Notes: generated by a model not told the origin, from the letters alone. A DNA stretch of 45,390 nt from a bacterium (GCA_963619935.1 CAVEYA010000064.1:1-45390); one strand, 5' to 3'; shown: positions 26,560 through 37,595, counted from the first letter of the stretch. Translations and numbers: made by a program.

Positions 26560-27434
26560 TGGCAGAAAACAACTTAATTGAATTAATTAAAGTTTTACGT
26601 GAAAGAACCGGTGCAGGTTTAATGGACTGCAAAGGTGCCTTATTAGCCAATGATTGTGATATTGAAAAAGCCACAGACTGGTTACGTGAAAAAGGTTTAG
26701 CAAAAGCTGCTAAAAAAGCTAATCGTATTGCAGCTGAAGGTTTAGCTATTACTAGATCTTGTGATAAATGTGGTAGAACCGTTATCGTCGAAGTGAACTG
26801 CGAAACAGACTTCGTCGCTAAGGGTGATGCATTCCGTGAATTAGTGGATGAAGTTGCTCATATTATTATGAAAAACGAACCAGCCACTATTGAAGAAGCT
26901 AGAGAATTAACTAAAGACCTCTTTACTGATGCAACTGTAAAGATGGGTGAAAAGTTTGAATTAAGAAGATTTGTCGTTCTTCATAAAGAAGATGGCTGTG
27001 TTGCTTCTTATATCCATATGGGTGGCAAAATTGCTGTTATTGTCAAACTTGATAAAGTTGATGAAGAATTAGGTAAAGGCTTAGCAATGCACATTGCAGC
27101 TAATAACCCACAATATTTATCATTAAATGATATTTCTGCTGAAGATTTAAAGCACGAAAAAGATGTGCAATTAGAAGCTGCTAAGAATGATCCAAAATTA
27201 GCTAGCAAGCCAGCTGAAATGTTAGCAAAGATTATTGACGCTAAGGTTACCAAATACTATTCCGAAATGGTTCTCGGTAGTCAAGCTTATTTACTTGATG
27301 ACACTAAGACAGTTGCTCAAGTATTAAAGGAAAAAGGCGTGAACGTTTTAAAATTTGTCCGTTACCAAGTTGGTGAAGGTATTGAAAAACGTAAAGATGA
27401 CTTCGCAAGCGAAGTAATGAGCCAAGTTAAATAA
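26559..27434 (+). CDS. tsf: Elongation factor Ts
   Basis: 291 aa. UBA-like N-terminus (LRERTGAGLMDCKGAL). ATG overlaps the rpsB stop by 1 nt. Confidence 0.95.
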   Translation: MAENNLIELIKVLRERTGAGLMDCKGALLANDCDIEKATDWLREKGLAKAAKKANRIAAEGLAITRSCDKCGRTVIVEVNCETDFVAKGDAFRELVDEVAHIIMKNEPATIEEARELTKDLFTDATVKMGEKFELRRFVVLHKEDGCVASYIHMGGKIAVIVKLDKVDEELGKGLAMHIAANNPQYLSLNDISAEDLKHEKDVQLEAAKNDPKLASKPAEMLAKIIDAKVTKYYSEMVLGSQAYLLDDTKTVAQVLKEKGVNVLKFVRYQVGEGIEKRKDDFASEVMSQVK

Positions 27435-27441
27435 TTATTAA

Positions 27442-27468
27442 AGGAACACCTTTGGTGTTTCTTTTTTT
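27442..27468 (+). terminator. Intrinsic terminator/attenuator after tsf
   Basis: AGGAACACC / GGTGTTTCT stem (9 bp with one G-U pair), TTT loop, then a T7 run. Confidence 0.7.
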
Positions 27469-27488
27469 ACAAATAGGAGGAAGATAAG

Positions 27489-28202
27489 ATGTACAAAAGA
27501 GTTTTACTAAAACTAAGTGGTGAAGCTTTAAAAGATAGCCAAGCAATGCAAATCTTAAATGTTGATTGTGTAAAGAAAATGGCTTTAATGATGAAAAAAC
27601 TTCATGAACAAGGTGTTCAACTCGCAGTGGTGATTGGCGCTGGTAATATTTGGCGTGGTAAACTCGCGGAAGATATTGGTATTGAACGTGCTCCTGCAGA
27701 CTATATGGGTATGCTTGGAACCATCATTAATGCTGCAGCTGTGAGCAGCGCTTTAAAAAATATTGGTGTTGATTCTACTGTGTTTTCTGCTCTTCCTGAA
27801 ATTGATCCAATTAGTGTAACCTACACTCCAAAGGCTGCAATTAAAGCTATGGAAGAAGGTAAAATTGTCTTTTTAGCAGGTGGAACCGGTAAACCTTTCT
27901 TTACTACTGATACTGCTGCTACAATGCGCGCAATTGAAACTAATTGTGAAGCTATTTTTATGGGTAAAAACGGTGTTGAAGGCGTTTTTGATAAAGACCC
28001 AACTAAGTATTCTGATGCAAAACTATTTAAAAAGATTTCTTATAAAGAAATCCTAGATAAAGGTCTTCAAATTATGGACCTTAGTGCAGTAGAATTAATA
28101 AAAGATAAAGACATTGTGTTAAGAGTATTTTCAATGTCTGATTCTGAAAATTTTATTAAAGTTGCCTTAGGTGATGACCTTGGCACTATTTGTCAAAAAT
28201 AA
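27489..28202 (+). CDS. pyrH: UMP kinase
   Basis: 237 aa. KLSGEAL N-terminus and amino-acid-kinase fold motifs. AGGAGG SD. Confidence 0.95.
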   Translation: MYKRVLLKLSGEALKDSQAMQILNVDCVKKMALMMKKLHEQGVQLAVVIGAGNIWRGKLAEDIGIERAPADYMGMLGTIINAAAVSSALKNIGVDSTVFSALPEIDPISVTYTPKAAIKAMEEGKIVFLAGGTGKPFFTTDTAATMRAIETNCEAIFMGKNGVEGVFDKDPTKYSDAKLFKKISYKEILDKGLQIMDLSAVELIKDKDIVLRVFSMSDSENFIKVALGDDLGTICQK

Positions 28203-28212
28203 GGAGATTAAC

Positions 28213-28758
28213 ATGAACGAAATCGCATTAGATGCTCAACAAAGAATGAATAAATCAATTGATTCTTTAAAAATTACTCTTTCCTCATTACGCACAGGAC
28301 GTGCCTCTCCCGCAATGTTATCAAATTTAGAAATTGATTATTATGGTTCTCCAACTCCAGTTAATCAAATTTCTTCTATTTCTGTTCCAGAACCAAGGCA
28401 ATTACTAATTAAGCCATATGATAAGAATGACGTTAAAGCTATCGTGGCAGCAATCAACGCTTCTGACTTAGGCTTAAATCCTATTAACGAAGGAACAGTA
28501 GTGAGATTAATTATTCCAGCCTTAACGGAAGAAAGACGTCGTGAAATTTCTAAACAAGCGAAAAAGCATGGCGAAGAAGCTAAAGTTTCTATTCGTAATA
28601 TTCGTCGTGAATATATGGACTTAATTAAAGACGATGATTCTTTCACTGAGGATATGCAAAAAAAGATTAGTGAAGAAATTCAAAAAGTCACCGATGATGC
28701 TGTAAAAAATATAGACACTGTCGTGGCGGAAAAAGAAAAAGAATTAATGTCCATCTAA
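28213..28758 (+). CDS. frr: Ribosome recycling factor
   Basis: 181 aa from ATG 28213, with AAGGAG SD at 28201-28206. The ORF-track upstream start overlaps pyrH. Confidence 0.95.
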   Translation: MNEIALDAQQRMNKSIDSLKITLSSLRTGRASPAMLSNLEIDYYGSPTPVNQISSISVPEPRQLLIKPYDKNDVKAIVAAINASDLGLNPINEGTVVRLIIPALTEERRREISKQAKKHGEEAKVSIRNIRREYMDLIKDDDSFTEDMQKKISEEIQKVTDDAVKNIDTVVAEKEKELMSI

Positions 28759-28770
28759 TTAAGATGATTA

Positions 28771-28794
28771 AGAAGGCTAATGCCTTCTTTTTTT
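28771..28794 (+). terminator. Intrinsic terminator after frr
   Basis: AGAAGGC - TAAT - GCCTTCT followed by TTTTTTT. Confidence 0.8.
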
Positions 28795-28857
28795 ATGTCT
28801 TATATTTTAGTGTGCTAACATTCTTATTTTCTTGTATAATAAAATAAGTTATTAAAT

Positions 28858-29577
28858 ATGGAAAAAGAAAACAAATTACTTCATATCGCCTTCATTATGG
28901 ATGGCAATGGTCGTTGGGCTAAAGCAAGACATTTACCTCGCCATTTAGGTCATAAAGCTGGTTGTGAAAGAGTAATTGATATATATGAAGAATGCTACGA
29001 AACTGGTGTTAAAGTAATGTCTTTGTATGCTTTTTCTACTGAAAACTGGAATAGACCGAAGGATGAAATTAAGCATCTATTCCAATATTTAGAAATATTC
29101 TTTAAAAAAGAAATCAAGCGCATGTTAAAAGATGGGTGTCGTATTGTAGCATCAGGCGATTTATCACGCTTACCTTTAAAAACACAAAAGGTTGTCAACG
29201 ACGCTATTGAACAAACTAAAGATGGTAAGAACTTTACTTTTAATATTTGCCTTAATTATGGTGGCAAAGATGAAATTGTGAGAGCTACAAAGAAATTTGC
29301 TCAAGATGTATTAGATGGTAAAAAAACCATCGATGATTTAAATGAAACAACATTTGAAGATTATTTATATACTAAGGGATTACCACCTGTGGATTTATTA
29401 GTTAGAACTAGTGGTGAAATGCGAACCAGTAATTATTTACCATGGCAACTTGCTTATGCAGAATTTATTTTTCCAAAAGTAGCATGGCCAGATTTTAGCA
29501 AAGATGAATTAAGAAAATGTATTGCGGAATATAATAATCGAAATCGCCGTTTTGGAGGCATCAAAGATGAAAAATAA
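28858..29577 (+). CDS. uppS: Undecaprenyl diphosphate synthase
   Basis: 239 aa. HIAFIMDGNGRWA motif and a RTSGEMRTSN-like region. Confidence 0.95.
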   Translation: MEKENKLLHIAFIMDGNGRWAKARHLPRHLGHKAGCERVIDIYEECYETGVKVMSLYAFSTENWNRPKDEIKHLFQYLEIFFKKEIKRMLKDGCRIVASGDLSRLPLKTQKVVNDAIEQTKDGKNFTFNICLNYGGKDEIVRATKKFAQDVLDGKKTIDDLNETTFEDYLYTKGLPPVDLLVRTSGEMRTSNYLPWQLAYAEFIFPKVAWPDFSKDELRKCIAEYNNRNRRFGGIKDEK

Positions 29578-30586
29578 TAATAATGTTATTCAACCAAATG
29601 AGATATCGAAAAGCACAAAAGTGTCTATGAGAACCAGAATTATCACTGCCGTATGTGGAATTGTTATTGCTTTACCACTTATCTTATTAGGCGATTATTT
29701 TACCGCTGTATTAGTGGCGTTTGTATTAGTGGTAGGTACTTGGGAAATAGTGCATTGTGCTAAGAAAAAATATAATCCAGCTTTATTTATTGTGACTTTA
29801 TTTTTGGCAGGAATTATGACTTACTGGCCAATTATTAAAGAATCACCTAGTTTAATCGAAAACGGTTTTGCGGATTTCCGTGTTTATAAATATTTCGATA
29901 ATGTCCATGTTTCTGTGCCGGTTTTTGTCCTTGGTGTATTTGGCGTTTTCTTTATGACCATTATTGATAAAGGATTTACTGTTCGCGACGCTTGTTTTAT
30001 TTTCACTATGACATTACTTTTATCTCTTGGCTTACAATCTGCTTTATTTATTCGTTATAACCCTTCGCTAGTGTATGCTAAAACTTTTAATAATAACCCT
30101 TCGTATTTTAATCTATATGATAATTTACAATCTGCATTATTAATTATTTATGTCATTATTGGCACATTTATGACTGATACCGGTGCTTATTTTATTGGTG
30201 TATTCTTTGGCAAAAATAAGATGAATCCACGTATCTCTCCAAAGAAAACTTGGGAAGGGTTCTTTGGTGGCATTTTCTTTTCCTTAATCTCTTCTTTTGG
30301 CTTTGCCTCTATCTTTATTTTTAATAAAATGCCTTTGATTGAAGGTGTATTAGACGCTAACCATTGGTATCATATTTTATTTATTTCATTATTAATTCCA
30401 TTTGTGTCCACTTTAGGAGACTTTGTCTTCTCTAGCGTGAAGAGATATTACGAAATTAAGGATTTTGGCAATATCTTACCTGGACACGGTGGTGTTTTAG
30501 ATAGAATTGATTCTTTAATCTTTTCTTTCTTAACAAGTGCAGTATTTATCAACTTATTTGTTTATTGGAGTCAATATGCCAAATAA
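29567..30586 (+). CDS. cdsA: Phosphatidate cytidylyltransferase
   Basis: 339 aa from ATG 29567 (GGAGG SD at 29554-58). Signature SSVKRYYEIKDFGNILPGHGGVLDRIDS. Multiple TM segments. Confidence 0.9.
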   Translation: MKNNNNVIQPNEISKSTKVSMRTRIITAVCGIVIALPLILLGDYFTAVLVAFVLVVGTWEIVHCAKKKYNPALFIVTLFLAGIMTYWPIIKESPSLIENGFADFRVYKYFDNVHVSVPVFVLGVFGVFFMTIIDKGFTVRDACFIFTMTLLLSLGLQSALFIRYNPSLVYAKTFNNNPSYFNLYDNLQSALLIIYVIIGTFMTDTGAYFIGVFFGKNKMNPRISPKKTWEGFFGGIFFSLISSFGFASIFIFNKMPLIEGVLDANHWYHILFISLLIPFVSTLGDFVFSSVKRYYEIKDFGNILPGHGGVLDRIDSLIFSFLTSAVFINLFVYWSQYAK

Positions 30587-31730
30587 AATTTGTTTATTAG
30601 GTGCTTCTGGTTCCATTGGTAAACAAACTTTGGATGTAATGAATAAGAATCCTAATGATTTTACATTAGTGGGTTTTTCTGTTGGCCATCAAACTCGTAA
30701 AATTAGCCCAATCATCAAGAAATACCCTAATGTCAAAGGAATATACCTAATCGATAGCAAAATCGCTAGAAAGTATCAAAAAAGATATAAAGATATTATT
30801 TTCTTTTCAGGAAATGATGGATTAACTCAATTAATTGATTATGTTAAGCCAAATATGGTTGTTAATGCGTTAGTTGGTTTTGTTGGATTAAAGCCAACAT
30901 TATATGCTTTGCAAAATAATTTAATCGTTTGTTTAGCGAATAAGGAAGCTTTAGTTGTGGGTGGCGAATTAGTCAACCATGAACTATCTCTTGGGCATGG
31001 CAAAATCTATCCAATTGATAGCGAACACGCCGCAATTAGAAAATGTTTATCAGTTGATGATCAAAATGTAAAAAGAATTGTGTTAACGGCGAGTGGTGGT
31101 GCATTCCGTAAATTATCTCGTGAAGATTTAAAAAACGTAACTCCTGAAGACGCCTTAAAACACCCAACTTGGAAGATGGGACATAAAATCACGATTGATT
31201 GTGCAACAATGATTAACAAAGCCTTCGAAGTGATTGAAGCGCATTATTTGTTTAATTATCCTTATGACCAAATTGGCATTATTCTTCATGACGAATCAAT
31301 GATTCATTCCTATATTGAATATAATGACGGTACACTCCGTTTAGATATTGGTAAACCGGATATGCGTGTTCCAATTAAATATGCTTTATATCAAGGATTA
31401 ACTGATTTTAAAACAGTCGTGTCACCATCGTTAGATAAATTCTACCAATATCATTTTCATCAATTTGATATCAATCGTTATCCGATTGTAAAATGGGCAA
31501 AAGTGGTTATAGAAGAAAAAGGTACATATGGATGCGTTTTTAACGCCGCTAACGAGGTAGCGGTTTATGCCTTCTTGAATCACCAAATTCCTTTTTTAGC
31601 GATTGAAGAAATTGTGAATAAATTAATGAATGAGCATAAAAATAAAAAGCATCCAAGTTATGAAGACATTGAAGTTTTAGATCAAAATATTAGGCAAAAA
31701 GCCTCTCAAATTATAGAAAGTTGGAAATAG
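30576..31730 (+). CDS. dxr: 1-deoxy-D-xylulose 5-phosphate reductoisomerase
   Basis: 384 aa from ATG 30576 (GGAG SD). LLGASGSIGKQTLDV NADPH motif. Overlaps the cdsA end. Confidence 0.95.
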   Translation: MPNKICLLGASGSIGKQTLDVMNKNPNDFTLVGFSVGHQTRKISPIIKKYPNVKGIYLIDSKIARKYQKRYKDIIFFSGNDGLTQLIDYVKPNMVVNALVGFVGLKPTLYALQNNLIVCLANKEALVVGGELVNHELSLGHGKIYPIDSEHAAIRKCLSVDDQNVKRIVLTASGGAFRKLSREDLKNVTPEDALKHPTWKMGHKITIDCATMINKAFEVIEAHYLFNYPYDQIGIILHDESMIHSYIEYNDGTLRLDIGKPDMRVPIKYALYQGLTDFKTVVSPSLDKFYQYHFHQFDINRYPIVKWAKVVIEEKGTYGCVFNAANEVAVYAFLNHQIPFLAIEEIVNKLMNEHKNKKHPSYEDIEVLDQNIRQKASQIIESWK

Positions 31731-31734
31731 TCAT

Positions 31735-33000
31735 ATGGTTGTTGTGTATATTATTTTATTTATTGTATTTCTTTCCTTACTCATTATGATTCATGAGTTG
31801 GGGCATTTTACAGCAGCGAAAGTTTTTAAAGTTTACTGTTTAGAATTTTCAATTGGATTTGGCCCAAAGCTCTTCCGCCACAAAAGAAAAAATGGTGAAA
31901 CCTATTTCTCACTTAGAGCAATTCCTTTTGGTGGCTATGTCTCAATGTATGGAGAAGGTGTAGAGTTACCTGATGGTCAACAAATAGAGGAAAGTAGAAG
32001 CTTAGAAGGTGTAGCAAAATGGAAAAGAGCAATTATCCTTTTTGCTGGTGTTTTTAATAACGCAATTTTAGCGTTAATCCTATTCTTTGTCTCTTCCTTT
32101 ATTCCTAGTAAGATGTGTTACTACGGAAACATGTCGATTGCTGAAGGAAGCAAAGCGGCAGATGCAGGTTTAGTGACTGGTGAAATTATTGCCTTAGATG
32201 GCGATTTAGCAGTTAGTGAAGATAACTACGTTGACAACTACCATCTAATTGATTTTAATTCTATCGTTAACTATAGCGATACTTCTTCAAAGATGGTGTG
32301 CACTTACTTTAATCTTGATGGTTTAAAAGATTATAAGAACTTAGATATTTCTGATTATATGGAAATGTTTGAACAAAAAACCAACGAAAATGGAGAAAAA
32401 GTCGTGAATTGGACCGCACCTATTAAGATTGATGAAAAATTTGTCTCTTTATCACTTAATATTAGAACAGTTCATTATTTAGACGAAAATTATACTGAAT
32501 ACGAATTGATTGATCATAACATCGTTATTAATAAAGACGTTGACGGAGCCTCTTTAGAAAGTTTTGGTTATTCTTTCTATTTAGCTACGATACAAGCAAA
32601 GAACTTTGGAGCAGCAATTAAAGAAACTTTTACCTCTTTTGGTGAGTCATCTACACTCATTGTTAAGACATTAGGCTCTTTATTTACCTCTTCTAGCACA
32701 TGGAAAAACATGGGTGGAATTGTTGCGATTGGTTTTGAATCTACAAGTGTTTTGCAAAACTTTGGCTGGGGCAAATTCTTATATTTATGGGGCGCTTTAT
32801 CAGTTAATTTAGCAATTGTTAATTTATTACCATTTCCAGGATTAGATGGTTGGCAATTATTAGTCTTAGCGGTAGAAGCTATCTTCCGTAAGAAAATACC
32901 AAATAAAGTTAAATCAATAATTTCCTTTATTGGTATTGGAATTTTATTTGCCCTTATGGCTATAATATTGGTTAAGGATATATTTATATATATATTTTAG
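31735..33000 (+). CDS. rseP: RIP zinc metalloprotease RseP/RasP
   Basis: 421 aa. HELGH zinc motif in TM1, a PDZ-like middle region, and LLPFPGLDG in the C-terminal region. Confidence 0.9.
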   Translation: MVVVYIILFIVFLSLLIMIHELGHFTAAKVFKVYCLEFSIGFGPKLFRHKRKNGETYFSLRAIPFGGYVSMYGEGVELPDGQQIEESRSLEGVAKWKRAIILFAGVFNNAILALILFFVSSFIPSKMCYYGNMSIAEGSKAADAGLVTGEIIALDGDLAVSEDNYVDNYHLIDFNSIVNYSDTSSKMVCTYFNLDGLKDYKNLDISDYMEMFEQKTNENGEKVVNWTAPIKIDEKFVSLSLNIRTVHYLDENYTEYELIDHNIVINKDVDGASLESFGYSFYLATIQAKNFGAAIKETFTSFGESSTLIVKTLGSLFTSSSTWKNMGGIVAIGFESTSVLQNFGWGKFLYLWGALSVNLAIVNLLPFPGLDGWQLLVLAVEAIFRKKIPNKVKSIISFIGIGILFALMAIILVKDIFIYIF

Positions 33001-33003
33001 AAT

Positions 33004-36000
33004 ATGCTCGAAGATAAGATGATTCGTTTCTTAAAATCAATTCACATCGAAAATCTCGATGATTTTGATGATTTATCTTTTGAAATGGCGTCTTATGACC
33101 GATTTAATAGAAAACAATTTAACATGGTGATTTTGAAGAAAGCACCTTGGAAATATCATTTGCTTAGAGAACTACAAGATGGTTTAAACTATATTACTTA
33201 TCCTTATACTTTAAGATTTTCATACCTTGTAAGACCTAAGTATCAAGATGTTCTTGCCTTATTTGAAGAGTGGTATCAAACCTTATATCATATTCCACAT
33301 AATTTAATTATTACTGGGGATGAAAATGACCATATCTATATTAAATATGCAAATAATGCAGAAAAAGAACAATATGCTTTAGCGATTAACGATTTTCGCG
33401 ATTTTTTAAATTTCTTATCTTATGAATTTACGATTACCGAGTCTGTCGCTGACAACGCTTCTACAATTGCTAAGAGAGAAGAAAAAACTATAGCGGAACC
33501 AAAAATAAACAACACTGAAGAAGTTATTAACACTGAAGAAGTTAATTCTAATGATCATTTTGTGGTTGAACATGATGAATTAATGAATGAGTCTATTTTA
33601 GAAGATAATGAAGCACGTGCTGATGAAGAAAATAGTGACGCTAATCAAGAAGCTGCAAAGCCTTCAAATGATATTTTAGATGAAGCTAGCAACGCTTTAA
33701 TGAAAGTATTAGAAAAGAACGCTCAAGATATGATGGCGGAACGCCGTAGAGCGAGACTTAATAAACGCGGTAATTATCACCACGTGGAAAAATTAGACGA
33801 TTTAACTAATACATCTGGTAATGTTGATGTTGATGGAATTGTTTTCTCCATTGAATCAAAAGAATATGGTGGTGCTGCAAGAGGAAAAATTGGCCTTTCT
33901 GATGATTTTGAAGGTGCTATATATATTAACTTTAGAGCAAATCCTGGTAGTGCTTTATTAGACACACTTAAGAAAATCAGTAAAGACATGCATATTCGTG
34001 TGAGGGGCGTAGCCTATACTGATGATTTCACTCATCAATTAGCTATTCGTGCACATTTTATTGATTTATTACCTGATGCAGTAATTGAAAAAGAAAAAGC
34101 AGAAGAGCCACGTGTTGAACTTCATTTGCATAGTAAGATGTCTGCCATGGATGGCGTCTCTACAATGAATGAATATTGTAAGTACGCAGCTGCGCTTGGT
34201 CATAAAGCAATCGCAATTACTGACCATGCTGTTGTGCAAGCCTTTCCTGAAGCTCAAAAAGCCGCTGAGAAAAATAAACTTAAAATGATTTATGGGTGTG
34301 AATTTTATATGGTTGATGAAAAACTCAATTATATTAAAAACCCAGTTAAAACCCCTTTAAATTCCGCTAAATATGTCGTTCTCGACTTAGAAACCACAGG
34401 TTTAAGCGCACGCTATGATAGGATGATTGAATTTGGTGCAGTGAAAGTGGAAAACGGCATGGAAATAGACCGTTTAGATATTTTAGTTAATCCTGGAGTT
34501 AAAATTCCAAAAAAGATTATTGCTTTAACTGGCATCAAACCAGAAATGCTAAAAGATAAACCAAACACTAAGGAAGCTTTAGACAAGATTATTCCTTGGA
34601 TTGGAGATGCTATATTAGTTACTCATAACGCTGAATTCGACTTTTCTTTCTTACAAGAAGAACTTCGTCGACATGACATGCCATTATTAACTAATCCTCT
34701 TATTGATACTTTATCTTTATCACGTTATTTATTCCCTGACCAAAAGCATCACGCGTTAGGTAATTTATGCCGTCGTTTTGAAGTTGCTTATTCCAAAGAT
34801 GACGCCCATAGAGCAGATTACGATGCCTCTGTTTTAAATGAAGCTTGGCAAGCAATGATTGTTCTTTTAGATAAAGAACATAAAGGAATTACTCATGAAG
34901 ATTTAGGCAATCTAGAATCTTCTAAAGAACTTTTAAAGCACATTCGCCCTTACCATGTTGTAGCATTAGCGAAAAATATGGACGGTATTATTGCTTTAAA
35001 TAAATTAGTTTCCTTATCTCATATCGATTATTTAGCGGATGTTCCAAAGGTTCCGAGAAAAGAATTAGAAAAATTCCGTGATAATTTAATTATTGGTTCT
35101 GCCTGTTTTAATGGTGAAGTGTTTAGAACTGCTGAATATTACAATAAAGAAACATTGCTTAAAGTAATGAAATTCTACGATTATATCGAAATTCAACCGA
35201 TGGAAAATTATTCTTTCTTATGGAATATGGATGATATATCCAAACCAGAAGTTGAACAATATGTTCATGACATTATTGAATGTGCAGATGAATTAGGCAA
35301 AATGGTAGTGGCCACAAGTGACGCTCATTATGCCCAAAAGAAAGATAAAAAATTCCGTGATGTTTATATTTTTGCGAAAGGATTAGGGAATATTAATCAC
35401 CCATTAAATCCTTATTCACGTGCTGATTTGCCTTTATTTGAAAATCCAAACCAGCATTATCGCTCAACTGATGAAATGCTTGATGAAATGTCCTTCTTAG
35501 GCAAGGAAAAAGCTTATGAAATAGTGGTTACAAATACAAACAAGATTGCTGATTCAATCGAATCCCTTGTACCACTTCCAAATAATAAATTGTTCCCTCC
35601 TCATATTGAAAATTGTGAAGAAAATTTAAAAAAGATGGTTTTTGACCACGCCAAAGAATTATATGGTGATCCATTGCCAAAACTAGTACAAGATCGTTTG
35701 GATACTGAACTTAACGGTATTATCAATAATGGATTCTCAGTTATTTATATGATTGCCCACTTATTGATTAAAAAGGCAAATGAAGATGGGCATATGGTTG
35801 GAAGCCGTGGCTCTGTTGGTTCTTCTTTAGTAGCGACAATGGCGAATATTACCGAAGTTAATCCACTTCCTCCACATTATCGTTGCCCTAAATGTAAACA
35901 CCTAGAGTGGGTTAATGAAGTTGATCCAGATGTTAAATCTGGTTTTGACTTACCAGAAAAGAATTGCCCAGAATGTGGCACAGCGATGAAACATGATGGA

Positions 36001-37503
36001 CAAAACATTCCTTTCCAAACTTTCTTAGGATTTAACGCGGATAAGACTCCTGATATTGATTTAAACTTTCCGCCAGATTATCAAGCAATCGCTCACGCTT
36101 ATACTAAAGTTCTTTTAGGAGCTAAGAATGTTTTTAGAGCAGGCACAATTGGCACAGTTGCCGACAAAACTGCTTATGGTCATGTGCGAAATTATTTAGA
36201 AAAAATAGGTATTAACCCTGATGAATATAGTAGTGCTAAAACCTGGCGTTTAGCCGCAGGCTGTACAGATGTTAAACGTACAACTGGCCAACACCCTGGT
36301 GGTATTGTTGTTATTCCAGACGACCATGAAGTTTATGAATTTACCGCTGTACAATACCCAGCTGATGATAAAGAAGCTGAGTGGAAAACAACACATATTG
36401 ATTATCACTCAATTGATAATACTGTTTTAAAGCTTGATATGTTAGGCCATGTTGACCCACAAGCTTTAAAAATGATGGAAGATTTAACGAAGGTTAAAAT
36501 TGAAGACATTCCAATGAATGACCCAAAAGTTTTGTCTTTATTCTCTAAGTCAACAGCGTTAGGCATTAAAAATGATTATTTACAAAATAAAACTGGTGCT
36601 TTAGCAATTCCGGAATTTGGTACAGAAATAACTAGAAAAGTATTAGAAAAGACATTACCAGTTAAATTCTCCGATTTAGTGATTATTTCCGGATTGTCCC
36701 ATGGAACAGGCGTGTGGGCTGGTAACGCAGAAAAATTAATTGATGACGGTGTTGCTACACTTAGCGAAGTCATTGGATGTCGTGATGATATTATGACTTA
36801 TTTAATTGCGAAGGGATTGCCACATAATATTTCCTTTAAAATCATGGAAGATGTTCGTAAAGGTAGAGGCTTAAAACCTGAATATATTGAATTAATGTTG
36901 GCGAATAACGTTCCACAATACTACATTGATTCATGTAAATTAATTCAATACATGTTCCCAAAAGGACACGCTGTTGCGTATGTCACTCAAGCTGTTCGTG
37001 TGGGTTATTATAAAATCTATTATCCATTAGAATTTTATGCAACATTCTTCTCTGTTCGTACTGATCAATATGATATTAGAGCAATGATTAAAGGCGAACA
37101 TGCTTTAATTAATAAATTAGAAGAACTTAGAGCAAAAGAAAAAGATAGAACCATTAAGATGACAGCTAAAGATAAAGAATTAATTGTTTGTTTATCTGTG
37201 GCTATTGAAATGGTGGAACGTGGCTATCGCTTTGAAAATATTGATTTATATCGTAGTGATGCGACTCGTTTTGTGATTGATAAAGAAAATAACGCTTTGA
37301 TTCCTCCATTTATTACTTTAGAAGGCTTAGGTGAAAACAACGCTGTAACAGTTATTGAAGCTCGTAAAGAAAAGGAATTTACTTCAAAAGAGGATTTATT
37401 AAGACGTACAAAATTAACTAGCACAAATGTAGAAGCTTTAAGTGAAATGGGAGTGCTGGATAATTTAGACGAAACTGACCAGTTATCCTTATTTGATTTT
37501 TAA
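33004..37503 (+). CDS. polC: DNA polymerase III alpha subunit, PolC type
   Basis: 1499 aa. PHP domain, inserted DEDD exonuclease (VVLDLETTGL, HNAEFD, HRADYDA), zinc finger CPKC...CPEC, polymerase core. Confidence 0.97.
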   Translation: MLEDKMIRFLKSIHIENLDDFDDLSFEMASYDRFNRKQFNMVILKKAPWKYHLLRELQDGLNYITYPYTLRFSYLVRPKYQDVLALFEEWYQTLYHIPHNLIITGDENDHIYIKYANNAEKEQYALAINDFRDFLNFLSYEFTITESVADNASTIAKREEKTIAEPKINNTEEVINTEEVNSNDHFVVEHDELMNESILEDNEARADEENSDANQEAAKPSNDILDEASNALMKVLEKNAQDMMAERRRARLNKRGNYHHVEKLDDLTNTSGNVDVDGIVFSIESKEYGGAARGKIGLSDDFEGAIYINFRANPGSALLDTLKKISKDMHIRVRGVAYTDDFTHQLAIRAHFIDLLPDAVIEKEKAEEPRVELHLHSKMSAMDGVSTMNEYCKYAAALGHKAIAITDHAVVQAFPEAQKAAEKNKLKMIYGCEFYMVDEKLNYIKNPVKTPLNSAKYVVLDLETTGLSARYDRMIEFGAVKVENGMEIDRLDILVNPGVKIPKKIIALTGIKPEMLKDKPNTKEALDKIIPWIGDAILVTHNAEFDFSFLQEELRRHDMPLLTNPLIDTLSLSRYLFPDQKHHALGNLCRRFEVAYSKDDAHRADYDASVLNEAWQAMIVLLDKEHKGITHEDLGNLESSKELLKHIRPYHVVALAKNMDGIIALNKLVSLSHIDYLADVPKVPRKELEKFRDNLIIGSACFNGEVFRTAEYYNKETLLKVMKFYDYIEIQPMENYSFLWNMDDISKPEVEQYVHDIIECADELGKMVVATSDAHYAQKKDKKFRDVYIFAKGLGNINHPLNPYSRADLPLFENPNQHYRSTDEMLDEMSFLGKEKAYEIVVTNTNKIADSIESLVPLPNNKLFPPHIENCEENLKKMVFDHAKELYGDPLPKLVQDRLDTELNGIINNGFSVIYMIAHLLIKKANEDGHMVGSRGSVGSSLVATMANITEVNPLPPHYRCPKCKHLEWVNEVDPDVKSGFDLPEKNCPECGTAMKHDGQNIPFQTFLGFNADKTPDIDLNFPPDYQAIAHAYTKVLLGAKNVFRAGTIGTVADKTAYGHVRNYLEKIGINPDEYSSAKTWRLAAGCTDVKRTTGQHPGGIVVIPDDHEVYEFTAVQYPADDKEAEWKTTHIDYHSIDNTVLKLDMLGHVDPQALKMMEDLTKVKIEDIPMNDPKVLSLFSKSTALGIKNDYLQNKTGALAIPEFGTEITRKVLEKTLPVKFSDLVIISGLSHGTGVWAGNAEKLIDDGVATLSEVIGCRDDIMTYLIAKGLPHNISFKIMEDVRKGRGLKPEYIELMLANNVPQYYIDSCKLIQYMFPKGHAVAYVTQAVRVGYYKIYYPLEFYATFFSVRTDQYDIRAMIKGEHALINKLEELRAKEKDRTIKMTAKDKELIVCLSVAIEMVERGYRFENIDLYRSDATRFVIDKENNALIPPFITLEGLGENNAVTVIEARKEKEFTSKEDLLRRTKLTSTNVEALSEMGVLDNLDETDQLSLFDF

Positions 37504-37506
37504 TTT

Positions 37507-37583
37507 CGGGAAGTAGCGCAGTTTGGTAGCGCGCTTGCTTCGGGAGCAAGATGTCGTGGGTTCAAATCCCATCTTTCCGACCA
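37507..37583 (+). tRNA. tRNA-Pro (anticodon CGG)
   Basis: 77 nt, folded by hand. Acceptor CGGGAAG/CTTTCCG, D arm GCGC/GCGC, anticodon stem CTTGC/GCAAG with loop TTCGGGA (U33, CGG, G37), T arm GTGGG-TTCAAAT-CCCAT, encoded CCA. Starts 3 nt after the polC stop. Confidence 0.9.
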
Positions 37584-37595
37584 TTTAAACTATAT

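Noticed and set aside
26243-26674. Cluster of overlapping ORFs in three frames over the rpsB 3' end and tsf start
   Set aside because: An artefact of the repetitive GAA/AAA/GCT codon run that encodes the K/E/A-rich S2 tail. Every alternative frame stays open by chance.
33511-33546. Tandem 18-bp repeat AACACTGAAGAAGTTATT / AACACTGAAGAAGTTAAT in polC
   Set aside because: An in-frame duplication (NTEEVI NTEEVN) within the acidic, poorly conserved N-terminal linker of PolC. It is probably slippage with no regulatory meaning.
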